Translations under genes and position numbers: made by a program
The notes under the pieces: generated by a model
The model's input: only the letters and a program-made list of their open reading frames with translations
Databases searched by the model: none
What the model was told of the DNA's origin: nothing
From: Balanoglossus misakiensis
Taxonomy: Eukaryota; Animalia; Hemichordata
Assembly: GCA_040954595.2 (NCBI GenBank)
Contig: CM082587.2
Coordinates: 11,599,403 to 11,663,402, forward strand
Reading direction: 5' to 3'
DNA: 64,000 nt
Shown here: positions 46,601 through 61,600 of the stretch, piece after piece
How the letters are laid out: each line of letters starts with the position of its first letter
How positions within the stretch are numbered: the first letter of the stretch is position 1

Positions 46601-49600
46601 AGACACTAGCGTACGTTAGCAACGGTGATCAAGTCAGATTTTCAACGGCATGGGTTGGATAAAGCCCCGGCACTCTAGAGCAGAAACACGCGTACAGAGA
46701 CCACGTTGATCAAGTCTGATCTCCTACGGCTTGGCTCGACTAAAACCCCGGCACACTATGACAGACACTAGCGTTCGTTAGCAACGTTGATCTAGTCAGA
46801 TTTTCTACGGCATGGCTTTGCTAAAGCCCTGACACTCTAGAGCAGAAACACGCGTACAGAGACTACGTTGATCTACTCACATTTCCTTCGGCCTGGCACG
46901 GCTGATGCCCCGGCACTATATATAGGACACAGACTGGCGTAAGTTAACAACGGTAATCACGTCGGGTTTCCTACGGCCTGGCTCAGCTGAAGCCCCGGCA
47001 CTCTAGAGCAGAAACAGGCGTACATTGACCACGTTGATCAAGTCAGATTTCCTACGGCGTGACTCGGCTGGTGCACCGGCTCTATATGACACAGACTGGC
47101 GTAAGTTATCAACGGTGATTACGTCGGATTTCCTACGGCATGGTTTAGCTGAAGCCCCAGCACTTCAGAGCGGAAACACGCGTACATTGACCACGATGAT
47201 CAAGTCAGATCTCCTACGGCCTGGCTCGACTAAAACCCCGGCACACCATGACAGACACTAGCGTTCGTTAGCAACGGTGATCAAGTCGGATTTCCTTCGG
47301 CCTGGCTCTGCAAAAGACCCGACACATTAGTACAGAGGCGTTGGCTAAGTCGGGCAAACCGAAGAGGGAAAGTCACAGCGGGTCAACACTCGACATTTGT
47401 TCGGGTAGGACTGCATTATTGCCTGTCAATTTATAGAGAAAGCCCGAATTTAACCAGGGCGTTTCAAACACCGACGTTATTTGGGGGCACGGCCTGCAGT
47501 ACTGCCGGGTAAGCTGACATCGGCGTACCGCATATAATGTAGGGGGGGGGGGGAGGGACAGAACGGTTCAATACTACATTTATTAGATATCAGCTAATTT
47601 TGGACAATCATCTAAAATCTAAATCATTTTTTCATATTTGGATATCTGATGATGTATGAAATTTCCAATATATGTAAAAATGGTGCTGATTATAAAAAAT
47701 GCACTCTGAATGAGCTGATTTAATACAAAAATTGCGTTTTATTCGTTTTTGCACCAAAAAGGTCATTTTTAGGCAAAACATTCTTTATTTTTTTAATTCG
47801 GTGGCCTGATCATATATAAGCAATTGCTTGCATGTTAAAAGTTTTTATGACTTTTAAAAGCAGTGACACTGGCGGCATTCAACACGAAAATAACAATTTT
47901 AACCACAATTTGGTCAAAATGGTAAATTTTTGAAAATTACAAAAAGTACCTGTTCTCTACATTTTCGGAAATCTGATGGAGTATAGAATGCTCTTCGTAT
48001 ATATATATCGATACAAATTCCACAAAAGACCGTCTAATTTGGCTTACTGCAGACAAAATTGCGTTTTACCAAATTTTCCTTGAAAATGTCATTTTTAGAA
48101 AAATAAAATAAAAAAACCTTCGTTCTTCGAATTTGGTGCCCTGATCATATATGACATGCTGATTGTATGTTAAAACTTTCCACCACTCCAAAAATGCAGA
48201 GATATTGACGGAATTCAAGAAAAAATAGCCATTTTGGTCATATTTTGACAAAATGGTACATTTTTAAAAAATCATAAAAAATAAACTCTTTTCTTCATTT
48301 TCGGAAATATTATGGAGCATGAAGTGTCGTTCTCTTGTAAAAAGTGCTGCAAATTCCAGAAAATGTGGTATAATTTGAATCACCCAAGACAAAATTACCA
48401 TTTTCGACTTGTTTTCGAAAAATTGTCTTTTTTAAAAAATAAATAAGAATAAATTCTTTTCTTAGTTTCAAACGGGTAGAGATACTTTCCACACGGGTTT
48501 TCTAACATTGAATTCCCGTTCATCAACTCAGATTTCATACAGCATAAGTCGGCTAAAACCCTGACACTCTAGAGCAGAAACAGTTGCACACTGATAACGT
48601 TGAACAAGTCGATTTTTCTACGGCCTGGCTCGGCTAAATCTCGTCACAATATGACAGACACTAGCGTACGTTAGCAACGGTGATCAAGTCAGATTTTCAA
48701 CGGCATGGGTTGGATAAAGCCCCGGCACTCTAGAGCAGAAACACGCGTACAGAGACCACGTTGATCAAGTCTGATCTCCTACGGCTTGGCTCGACTAAAA
48801 CCCCGGCACACTATGACAGACACTAGCGTTCGTTAGCAACGTTGATCAAGTCAGATTTCCTACGGCATGGCTTTGCTAAAGCCCTGACACTCTAGAGCAG
48901 AAACACGCGTACAGAGACCACGTTGATCTACTCACATTTCCTTCGGCCTGGCACGGCTGATGCCCCGGCACTATATATAGGACACAGACTGGCGTAAGTT
49001 AACAACGGTAATCACGTCGGGTTTCCTACGGCCTGGCTCAGCTGAAGCCCCGGCACTCTAGAGCAGAAACAGGCGTACATTGACCACGTTGATCAAGTCA
49101 GATTTCCTACGGCGTGACTCGGCTGGTGCACCGGCTCTATATGACACAGACTGGCGTAAGTTATCAACGGTGATTACGTCGGATTTCCTACGGCATGGTT
49201 TAGCTAAAGCCCCGGCACTTTAGAGCAGAAACAGGCGTACATTGACCACGTTGATCAAGTCAGATTTCCTACGGCGTGACTCGGCTGGTGCACCGGCTCT
49301 ATATGACACAGACTGGCGTGAGTTATCAACGGTGATTACGCCGGATTTCCTACGGCATGGTTTAGCTGAAGCCCCGGCACTTTAGAGCGGAAACACGCGT
49401 ACATTGACCGCGATGATCAAGTCAGATCTCCTACGGCCTGGCTCGACTAAAACCCCGGCACACCATGACAGACACTAGCGTTCGTTAGCAACGGTGATCA
49501 AGTCGGATTTCCTTCGGCCTGGCTCTTCAAAAGACCCGACACATTAGTACAAAGACGTTGGCTAAGTCGGGCAAACCGAAGAGGGAAAGTCACAGCGGGT

Positions 49601-52600
49601 CAACACTCGACATTTGTTCGGGTAGGACTGCATTATTGCCTGTCAATTTATAGAGAAAGCCCGAATTTAACCAGGGCGTTTCAAACACCGACGTTATTTG
49701 GGGGCACGGCCTGCAGTACTGCCGGGTAAGCTGACATCGGCGTACCGCATATAATGTAGGGGGGGGGGGGACAGAACGGTTCAATACTACATTTATTAGA
49801 TATCAGCTAATTTTGGACAATCATCTAAAATCTAAATCATTTTTTCATATTTGGATATCTGATGATGTATGAAATTTCCATTATATGTAAAAATGGTGCT
49901 TATTATAAAACATGCACTCTGAATGAACTGATTTAATACAAGATTGCGTTTTATTCGTTTTTGCACCAAAAAGGTCATTTTTAGGCAAAACATTCTTTAT
50001 ATTTTTAATTCGGTGACCTGATCATATATAAACAATTGCTTGTATGTTAAAAGTTTTTATGACTTTTAAAAGCAGTGACACTGGCGGCATTCAACACGAA
50101 AATAACAATTTTAGCCACAATTTGGTCAAAATGGTAAATTTTTGAAAATTACAAAAAATACCTGTTTTCTACATTTTCGGAAATCTGATGGAGTATAGAA
50201 TGATCTTCGTATGTATATATCGATACAAATTCCACAAAAGACCGTCTAATTTGACTCACTGCAGACAAAATTGCGTTTTACCAAATTTTCCTTGAAAATG
50301 TCATTTTTAGAAAAAAAAATAAAAAAACCTTTGTACTTCGAATTTGGTGCCCTGATCATATATGACATGTTGATTGTATGTTAAAACTCTCGACCACTCC
50401 AAAAATGCAGAGATATTGACGGAATTCAAGAAAAATAGCCATTTTGGCCATATTTTGACAAAAATGGTAAATTTTTGAAAAATCATAAAAAATTAACTCT
50501 TTTCTTCATTTTCGGAAATATTATGGAGCATGAAGTGTCGTTCTCTTGCAAAAAGTGCTGCAAATTCCAGAAAAGGCGGTATAATTTGAATCACCCAAGA
50601 CAAAATTACCATTTTCAACTTTTTTTCGAAAAATTGTCTTTTTTTACAAAATAAATAAGAATAAATTCTTTTCTTAGTTTCAAACGGGTAGAGATACTTT
50701 CCACACGGGTTTTCTAACATTGAATTCCCGTTCATCAACTCAGATTTCCTACAGCATAAGTCGGCTAAAACCCTGACACTCTAGAGCAGAAACAGTTGCA
50801 CACTGGTAACGTTGAACAAGTCGATTTTTCTACGACCTGGCTCGGCTAAATCTCCGTCACAATATGACAGACACTAGCGTACGTTAGCAACGGTGATCAA
50901 GTCAGATTTTCTACGGCATGGCTTGGATAAAGCCCCGGCACTCTAGAGCAGAAACACGCGTACAGAGACCACGTTGATCAAGTCTGATCTCCTACGGCTT
51001 GGCTCGACTAAAACCCCGGCACACTATGACAGACACTAGCGTTCGTTAGCAACGGTGATCAAGTCAGATTTTCTACGGCATGGCTTGGATAAAGCCCCGG
51101 CACTCTAGAGCAGAAACACGCGTACAGAGACCACGTTGATCTACTCACATTTCCTTCGGCCTGGCACGGCTGATGCCCCGGCACTATATATAGGACACAG
51201 ACTGGCGTAAGTTAACAACGGTAATCACGTCGGGTTTTCTTACGGCCTGGCTCAGCTGAAGCCCCGGCACTCTAGAGCAGAAACAGGCGTACATTGACCA
51301 CGTTGATCAAGTCAGATTTCCTACGGCGTGACTCGGCTGGTGCACCGGCTCTATATGACACAGACTGGCGTAAGTTATCAACGGTGATTACGTCGGATTT
51401 CCTACGGCCTGGTTTAGCTGAAGCCCCGGCACTTTAGAGCGGAAACACGCGTACATTGACCACGATGATCAAGTCAGATCTCCTACGGCCTGGCTCGACT
51501 AAAACCCCGGCACACCATGACAGACACTAGCGTTCGTTAGCAACGGTGATCAAGTCGGATTTCCTTCGGCCTGGCTCTGCAAAAGACCCGACACTCTAGT
51601 ACAAAGACGTTGGCTAAGTCGGGCAAACCGAACAGGGAAAGTCACAGCGGTTCAACACTTGACATTTGTTCCGGTAGGACTGCATTATTGCCTGTCGATT
51701 TATAGAGAGAGCCCGAATTTAACCAGGGCGTTTCAAACACCGACGTTTGTTGGGGGCACGGCCTACAGTACTGCCGGGTAAGCTGACATCGGCGTACCGC
51801 ATATAATGTAAGGGGGGGGGGGGGGCAGAACGGTTCAATACTACATTTATTAGATATCAGCTAATTTTGGACAATCATCTAAAATCTAAATCATTTTTTC
51901 ATATTTGGATATCTGATGATGTATGAAATTTCCATTATATGTAAAATTGGTGCTTATTATAAAACATGCACTCTGAATGAACTGATTTAATACAAGATTG
52001 CGTTTTATTCGTTTTTGCACCAAAAAGGTCATTTTTAGGCAAAACATTCTTTATTTTTTTAATTCGGTGACCTGATCATATATAAACAATTGCTTGTATG
52101 TTAAAAGTTTTTATGACTTTTAAAAGCAGTGACACTGGCGGCATTCAACACGAAAATAACAATTTTAGCCACAATTTGGTCAAAATGGTAAATTTTTGAA
52201 AATTACAAAAAATACCTGTTTTCTACATTTTTGGAAATCTGATGGAGTATAGAATGCTCTTCGTATGTATATATCGATACAAATTCCACAAAAGACCGTC
52301 TAATTTGGCTCACTGCAGACAAAATTGCGTTTTACCAAATTTTCCTTTAAAATGTCATTTTTAGAAAAAAAAATAAAAAAACCTTTGTTCTTCAAATGTG
52401 GTGCCCTGATCATATATGACATGTTGATTGTATGTTAAAACTTTCGACCACTCCAAAAATGCAGAGATATTGACGGAATTCAAGAAAAAATAGCCATTTT
52501 GGCCATATTTTGACAAAAATGGTAAATTTTTAAAAAATCATAAAACATTAACTATTTTCTTCATTTTCGGAAATATTATGGAGCATGAAGTGTCGTTCTC

Positions 52601-55600
52601 TTGTAAAAAGTGCTGCTAATTCCAGAAAAGGTGGTATAATTTGAATCACCCAAGACAAAATTACCATTTTCGACTTTTTTTCGAAAAATTGTCTTTTTAA
52701 CAAAATAAATAAGAATAAATTCTTTTCTTAGTTTCAAACGGGAAGAGATACTTTCCACACGGGTTTTCTAACATTGAATTCCCGTTCATCAACTCAGATT
52801 TCCTACAGCATAAGTCAGCTAAAACCCTGACACTCTAGAGCAGAAACAGTTGCACACTGGTAACGTTGAACAAGTCGATTTTTCTACGGCCTGGCTCGGC
52901 TAAATCTCCGTCACAATATGACAGACACTAGCGTAGGTTAGCAACGGTGATCAAGTCAGATTTTCTACGGCATGGCTTGGATAAAGCCCCGGCACTCTAG
53001 AGCAGAAACACGCGTACAGAGACCACGTTGATGAAGTCTGATCTCCTACGGCTTGGCTCGACTAAAACCCCGGCACACTATGACAGACACTAGCGTTATT
53101 ATTATTATTATTATTAAGAATTGTTTAAAATGCGCTACACATACGTCTCAGCGCATTGTGCACAGCTAAAACAGTAGATTAAAAAATACAAGGCTGGTAA
53201 AAATAGTTAAAAGGACACAATCGAACACGTTACACATAAAACCGAGTAAAAAGGTATGTTTTCAAATTACGCTTAAAAATATTGAGCGTTCGTTAGCAAC
53301 GTTGATCAAGTCAGATTTTCTACGGCCTGGCTCGGCTAAATCTCGTCACAATATGACAGACACTAGCGTACGTTAGCAACGGTGATCAAGTCAGATTTTC
53401 AACGGCATGGGTTGGATAAAGCCCCGGCACTCTAGAGCAGAAACACGCGTACAGAGACCACGTTGATCAAGTCTGATCTCCTACGGCTTGGCTCGACTAA
53501 AACCCCGGCACACTATGACAGACACTAGCGTTCGCTAGCAACGTTGATCAAGTCAGATTTCCTACGGCATGGCTTTGCTAAAGCCCTGACACTCTAGAGC
53601 AGAAACACGCGTACAGAGACCACGTTGATCTACTCACATTTCCTTCGGCCTGGCACGGCTGATGCCCGGGCACTATATATAGGACACAGACTGGCGTAAG
53701 TTAACAACTGTAATCACGTCGGGTTTCCTACGGCCTGGCTCAGCTGAAGCCCCGGCACTCTAGAGCAGAAACAGGCGTACATTGACCACGTTGATCAAGT
53801 CAGATTTCCTACGGCGTGACTCGGCTGGTGCACCGGCTCTATATGACACAGACTGGCGTAAGTTATCAACGGTGATTACGTCGGATTTCCTACGGCCTGG
53901 TTTAGCTGAAGCCCCGGCACTTTAGAGCGGAAACACGCGTACATTGACCACGATGATCAAGTCAGATCTCCTACGGCCTGGCTCGACTAAAACACCGGCA
54001 CACCATGACAGACACTAGCGTTCGTTAGCAACGGTGATCAAGTCGGATTTCCTTCGGCCTGGCTCTGCAAAAGACCCGACACTCTAGTACAAAGACGTCG
54101 GCTAAGTCGGGCAAACCGAAGAGGGAAAGTCACAGCGTGTCAACACTCGACATTTGTTCGGGTAGGACTGCATTATTGCCTGTCAATTTATAGAGAAAGC
54201 CCGAATTTAACCAGGGCGTTTCAAACACCGACGTTAGGTGGGGGCACGGCCTGCAGTACTGCCGGGTAAGCTGACATCGGCGTACCGCATATAATGTAGG
54301 GGAGGGGGGGGGGAACAGAACGGTTCAATACTACATTTATTAGATATCAGCTAATTTTGGACAATCATCTAAAATCTAAATCATTTTTTCATATTTGGAT
54401 ATCTGGTGATGTATGAAATTTCCATTATATGTAAAAATGGTGCTGATTATAAAAAAAATGCACTCTGAATGAGGTTATTTAATACAAAATTGCGTTTTAT
54501 TCGTTTTTGCGCCAAAAAGGTCATTTTTAGGCCAAACATTCTTCATTTTTTTTAATTCGGTGACCTGATCATATATAAACAATTGCTTGTATGTTAAAAG
54601 TTTTTATGACTTTTAAAAGCAGTGACACTGGCGGCATTCAACACGAAAATAACAATTTTAGCCATAATTTGGTCAAAATGGTAAATTTTTGAAAATTACA
54701 AAAAATACCTGTTTTCTACATTTTCGGAAATCTGATGGAGTATAGAATGCTCTTCGTATGTATATATCGATACAAATTCCACAAAAGACAATCTAATTTG
54801 GCTCACTGCAGACAAAATTGCGTTTTACCAAATTTTCCTTGAAAATGTCATTTTTAGAAAAAAAATAAGAATAAATTCTTTTCTTAGTTTCAAACGGGTA
54901 GAGATACTTTCTACACGGGTTTTCTAACATTGAATTCCCGTTCATCAACTCAGATTTCCTACAGCATAAGTCGGCTAAAACCCTGAGACTTTAGAGCAGA
55001 AACAGTTGCACACTGGTAACGTTGAACAAGTCGATTTTTCTACGGCCTGGCTCGGCTAAATCTCCGTCACAATATGACAGACACTATCGTACGTTAGCAA
55101 CGGTGATCAAGTCAGATTTTCTACGGCATGGCTTGGATAAAGCCCCGGCACTCTAGAGCAGAAACACGCGTACAGAGACCACGTTGATCTACTCACATTT
55201 CCTTCGGCCTGGCACGGCTGATGCCCCGGCACTATATATAGGACACAGACTGGCGTAAGTTAACAACGGTAATCACGTCGGGTTTCCTACGGCCTGGCTC
55301 AGATGAAGCCCCGGCACTCTAGAGCAGAAACAGGCGTACAGTGACCACGTTGATCAAGTCAGATTTCCTACGGCGTGACTCGGCTGGTGCACCGGCTCTA
55401 TATGACACAGACTGGCGTAAGTTATCAACGGTGATTACGTCGGATTTCCTACGGCATGGTTTAGCTGAAGCCCCGGCACTTCAGAGCGGAAACACGCGTA
55501 CATTGACCACGATGATCAAGTCAGATCTCCTACGGCCTGGCTCGACTAAAACCCCGGCACACCATGACAGACACTAGCGTTCGTTAGCAACGGTGATCAA

Positions 55601-58600
55601 GTCGGATTTCCTTCGGCCTGGCTCTGCAAAAGACCCGACACATTAGTACAGAGACGTTGGCTAAGTCGGGCAAACCGAAGAGGGAAAGTCACAGCGGGTC
55701 AACACTCGACATTTGTTCGGGTAGGACTGCATTATTGCCTGTCAATTTATAGAGAAAGCCCGAATTTAACCAGGGCGTTTCAAACACCGACGTTATTTGG
55801 GGGCACGGCCTGCAGTACTGCCGGGTAAGCTGACATCGGCGTACCGCATATAATGTAGGGGGGGGGGGGGGACAGAACGGTTCAATACTACATTTATTAG
55901 ATATCAGCTAATTTTAGACAATCATCTAAAATCTAAATCATTTTTTCATATTTGGATATCTGATGATGTATGAAATTTCCAATATATGTAAAAATGGTGC
56001 TGATTATAAAAAATGCACTCTGAATGAGCTGATTTAATACAAAAATTGCGTTTTATTCGTTTTTGCACCAAAAAGGTCATTTTTAGGCAAAACATTCTTT
56101 ATTTTTTTAATTCGGTGGCCTGATCATATATAAGCAATTGCTTGCATGTTAAAAGTTTTTATGACTTTTAAAAGCAGTGACACTGGCGGCATTCAACACG
56201 AAAATAACAATTTAACCACAATTTGGTCAAAATGGTAAATTTTTGAAAATTACAAAAAATACCTGTTTTCTACATTTTCGGAAATCTGATGGAGTATAGA
56301 ATGCTCTTCGTATATATATATCGATACAAATTCCACAAAAGACCGTCTAATTTGGCTTACTGCATACAAAATTGCGTTTTACCAAATTTTCCTTGAAAAT
56401 GTCATTTTTAGAAAAATAAAATAAAAAAACTTTCGTTCTTCGAATTTGGTGCCCTGATCATATATGACATGTTGATTGTATGTTAAAACTTTCCACCACT
56501 CCAAAAATGCAGAGATATTGACGGAATTCAAGAAAAAATAGCCATTTTGGCCATATTTTGACAAAATGGTACATTTTTAAAAAATCATAAAAAATAAACT
56601 CTTTTCTTCATTTTCGGAAATATTATGGAGCATGAAGTGTCGTTCTCTTGTAAAAAGTGCTGCAAATTCCAGAAAATGTGGTATAATTTGAATCACCCAA
56701 GACAAAATTACCATTTTCGACTTGTTTTCGAAAAATTGTCTTTTTTAAAAAATAAATAAGAATAAATTCTTTTCTTAGTTTCAAACGGGTAGAGATACTT
56801 TCCACACGGGTTTTCTAACATTGAATTCCCGTTCATCAACTCAGATTTCCTACAGCATAAGTCGGCTAAAACCCTGACACTCTAGAGCAGAAACAGTTGC
56901 ACACTGATAACGCTGAACAAGTCGATTTTTCTACGGCCTGGCTCGGCTAAATCTCGTCACAATATGACAGACACTAGCGTACGTTAGCAACGGTGATCAA
57001 GTCAGATTTTCAACGGCATGGGTTGGATAAAGCCCCGGCACTCTAGAGCAGAAACACGTGTACAGAGACCACGTTGATCAAGTCTGATCTCCTACGGCTT
57101 GGCTCGACTAAAACCCCGGCACACTATGACAGACACTAGCGTTCGTTAGCAACGTTGATCAAGTCAGATTTCCTACGGCATGGCTTTGCTAAAGCCCTGA
57201 CACTCTAGAGCAGAAACACGCGTACAGAGACCACGTTGATCTACTCACATTTCCTTCGGCCTGGCACGGCTGATGCCCCGGCACTATATATAGGACACAG
57301 ACTGGCGTAAGTTAACAACGGTAATCACGTCGGGTTTTCTTACGGCCTGGCTCAGCTGAAGCCCCGGCACTCTAGAGCAGAAACAGGCGTACATTGACCA
57401 CGTTGATCAAGTCAGATTTCCTACGGCGTGACTCGGCTGGTGCACCGGCTCTATATGACACAGACTGGCGTAAGTTATCAACGGTGATTACGTCGGATTT
57501 CCTACGGCATGGTTTAGCTAAAGCCCCGGCACTTTTGAGCAGAAACAGGCGTACATTGACCACGTTGATCAAGTCAGATTTCCTACGGCGTGACTCGGCT
57601 GGTGCACCGGCTCTATATGACACACACTGGCGTGAGTTATCAACGGTGATTACGCCAGATTTCCTACGGCATGGTTTAGCTGAAGCCCCGGCACTGTGGA
57701 GCGGAAACACGCGTACATTGACCACGATGATCAAGTCAGATCTCCTACGGCCTGGCTCGACTAAAACCCCGGCACACCATGACAGACACTAGCGTTCGTT
57801 AGCAACGGTGATCAAGTCGGATTTCCTTCGGCCTGGCTCTGCAAAAGACCCGACACATTAGTACAAAGACGTTGGCTAAGTCGGGCAAACCGAAGAGGGA
57901 AAGTCGCAGCGGGTCAACACTCGACATTTGTTCGGGTAGGACTGCATTATTGCCTGTCAATTTATAGAGAAAGCCCGAATTTAACCAGGGCGTTTCAAAC
58001 AAGGACGTTATTTGGGGGCACGGCCTGCAGTACTGCCGGGTAAGCTGACATCGGCGTACCGCATATAATGTAGGGGGGGGGGGGGGACAGAACGGTTCAA
58101 TACTACATTTATTAGATATCAGCTAATTTTGGACAATCATCTAAAATCTAAATCATTTTTTCATATTTGGATATCTGATGATGTATGAAATTTCCATTAT
58201 ATGTAAAAATGGTGCTGATTATAAAAAATGCACTCTGAATGAGCTGATTTAATACAAAATTGCGTTTTATTCGTTTTTGCACCAAAAAGGTCATTTTTAG
58301 GCAAAACATTCTTTATTTTTTTAATTCGGTGACCTGATCATATATAAGCAATTGCTTGCATGTTAAAAGTTTTTATGACTTTTAAAAGCAGTGACACTGG
58401 CGGCATTCAACACGAAAATAACAATTTTAACCACAATTTGGTCAAAATGGTAAATTTTTGAAAATTACAAAAAATACCTGTTTTCTACATTTTCGGAAAT
58501 CTGATGGAGTATAGAATGCTCTTCGTATATATATATCGATACCAATTCCACAAAAGACCGTCTAATTTGGCTCACTGCAGACAAAATTGCGTTTTACCAA

Positions 58601-61600
58601 ATTTTCCTTGAAAATGTCATTTTTAGAAAAATAAAATAAAAAAACCTTCGTTCTTCGAACTTGGTGCCCTGATCATATATGACATGTTGATTGTATGTTA
58701 AAACTTTCGACCACTCCAAAAATGCAGAGATATTGACGGAATTCAAGAAAAAATAGCCATTTTGGCCATATTTTGACAAAATTGTACATTTTTAAAAAAT
58801 CATAAAAAATAAAACTCTTTTCTTCATTTTCGGAAATATTATGGAGCATGAAGTGTCGTTCTCTTGTAAAAAGTGCTGCAAATTCCAGAAAATGTGGTAT
58901 AATTTGAATCACCCAAGACAAAATTACCATTTTCGACTTGTTTTCGAAAAATTGTCTTTTTTAAAAAATAAATAAGAATAAATTCTTTTCTTAGTTTCAA
59001 ACGGGTAGAGATACTTTCCACACGGGTTTTCTAACATTGAATTCCCGTTCATCAACTCAGATTTCCTACAGCATAAGTCGGCTAAAACCCTGACACTCTA
59101 GAGCAGAAACAGTTGCACACTGATAACGCTGAACAAGTCGATTTTTCTACGGCCTGGCTCGGCTAAATCTCGTCACAATATGACAGACACTAGCGTACGT
59201 TAGCAACGGTGATCAAGTCAGATTTTCAACGGCATGGGTTGGATAAAGCCCCGGCACTCTAGAGCAGAAACACGCGTACAGAGACCACGTTGATCAAGTC
59301 TGATCTCCTACGGCTTGGCTCGACTAAAACCCCGGCACACTATGACAGACACTAGCGTTCGTTAGCAACGTTGATCAAGTCAGATTTCCTACGGCATGGC
59401 TTTGCTAAAGCCCTGACACTCTAGAGCAGAAACACGCGTACAGAGACCACGTTGATCTACTCACATTTCCTTTCGCCTGGCACGGCTGATGCCCCGGCAC
59501 TATATATAGGACACAGACTGGCGTAAGTTAACAATGGTAATCACGTCGGGTTTCCTACGGCCTGGCTCAGCTGAAGCCCCGGCACTCTAGAGCAGAAACA
59601 GGCGTACATTGACCACGTTGATCAAGTCAGATTTCCTACGGCGTGACTCGGCTGGTGCACCGGCTCTATATGACACAGACTGGCGTAAGTTATCAACGGT
59701 GATTACGTCGGATTTCCTACGGCATGGTTTAGCTAAAGCCCCGGCACTTTTGAGCAGAAACAGGCGTACATTGACCACGTTGATCAAGTCAGATCTCCTA
59801 CGGCCTGGCTCGACTAAAACCCCGGCACACCATGACAGACACTAGCGTTCGTTAGCAACGGTGATCAAGTCGGATTTCCTTCGGCCTGGCTCTGCAAAAG
59901 ACCCGACACATTAGTACAAAGACGTTGGCTAAGTCGGGCAAACCGAAGAGGGAAAGTCGCAGCGGGTCAACACTCGACATTTGTTCGGGTAGGACTGCAT
60001 TATTGCCTGTCAATTTATAGAGAAAGCCCGAATTTAACCAGGGCGTTTCAAACAAGGACGTTATTTGGGGGCACGGCCTTCAGTACTGCCGGGTAAGCTG
60101 ACATCGGCGTACCGCATATAATGTAGGGGGGGGGGGACAGAACGGTTCAATACTACATTTATTAGATATCAGCTAATTTTGGACAATCATCTAAAATCTA
60201 AATCATTTTTTCATATTTGGATATCTGATGATGTATGAAATTTCCATTATATGTAAAAATGGTGCTGATTATAAAAAATGCACTCTGAATGAGCTGATTT
60301 AATACAAAATTGCGTTTTATTCGTTTTTGCACCAAAAAGGTCATTTTTAGGCAAAACATTCTTTATTTTTTTAATTCGGTGACCTGATCATATATAAGCA
60401 ATTGCTTGCATGTTAAAAGTTTTTATGACTTTTAAAAGCAGTGACACTGGCGGCATTCAACACGAAAATAACAATTTTAACCACAATTTGGTCAAAATGG
60501 TAAATTTTTGAAAATTACAAAAAATACCTGTTTTCTACATTTTCGGAAATCTGATGGAGTATAGAATGCTCTTCGTATATATATATCGATACCAATTCCA
60601 CAAAAGACCGTCTAATTTGGCTCACTGCAGACAAAATTGCGTTTTACCAAATTTTCCTTGAAAATGTCATTTTTAGAAAAACAAAATAAAAAAACCTTCG
60701 TTCTTCGAACTTGGTGCCCTGATCATATATGACATGTTGATTGTATGTTAAAACTTTCGACCACTCCAAAAATGCAGAGATATTGACGGAATTCAAGAAA
60801 AAATAGCCATTTTGGCCATATTTTGACAAAATGGTACATTTTTAAAAAATCATAAAAAATAAAACTCTTTTCTTCATTTTCGGAAATATTATGGAGCATG
60901 AAGTGTCGTTCTCTTGTAAAAAGTGCTGCAAATTCCAGAAAATGTGGTATAATTTGAATCACCCAAGACAAAATTACCATTTTCGACTTGTTTTCGAAAA
61001 ATTGTCTTTTTTACAAAATAAATAAGAATAAATTCTTTTCTTAGTTTCAAACGGGTAGAGATACTTTCCACACGGGTTTTCTAACATTGAATTCCCGTTC
61101 ATCAACTCAGATTTCCTACAGCATAAGTCGGCTAAAACCCTGACACTCTAGAGCAGAAACAGTTGCACACTGATAACGTTGAACAAGTCGATTTTTCTAC
61201 GGCCTGGCTCGGCTAAATCTCGTCACAATATGACAGACACTAGCGTACGTTAGCAACGGTGATCAAGTCAGATTTTCAACGGCATGGGTTGGATAAAGCC
61301 CCGGCACTCTAGAGCAGAAACACGCGTACAGAGACCACGTTGATCAAGTCTGATCTCCTACGGCTTGGCTCGAATAAAACCCCGGCACACTATGACAGAC
61401 ACTAGCGTTCGTTAGCAACGTTGATCAAGTCAGATTTCCTACGGCATGGCTTTGCTAAAGCCCTGACACTCTAGAGCAGAAACACGCGTACAGAGACCAC
61501 GTTGATCTACTCACATTTCCATCGGCCTGGCACGGCTGATGCCCCGGCACTATATATAGGACACAGACTGGCGTAAGTTAACAACGGTGATTACGTCGGA

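Noticed and set aside
57372-57792. 27-aa repeat protein encoded by the 81-bp subrepeats
   Set aside because: Frames are closed by stops in most units, an 85-bp subrepeat breaks the frame, starts are non-ATG, and the ORFs appear only where single variants remove a stop.
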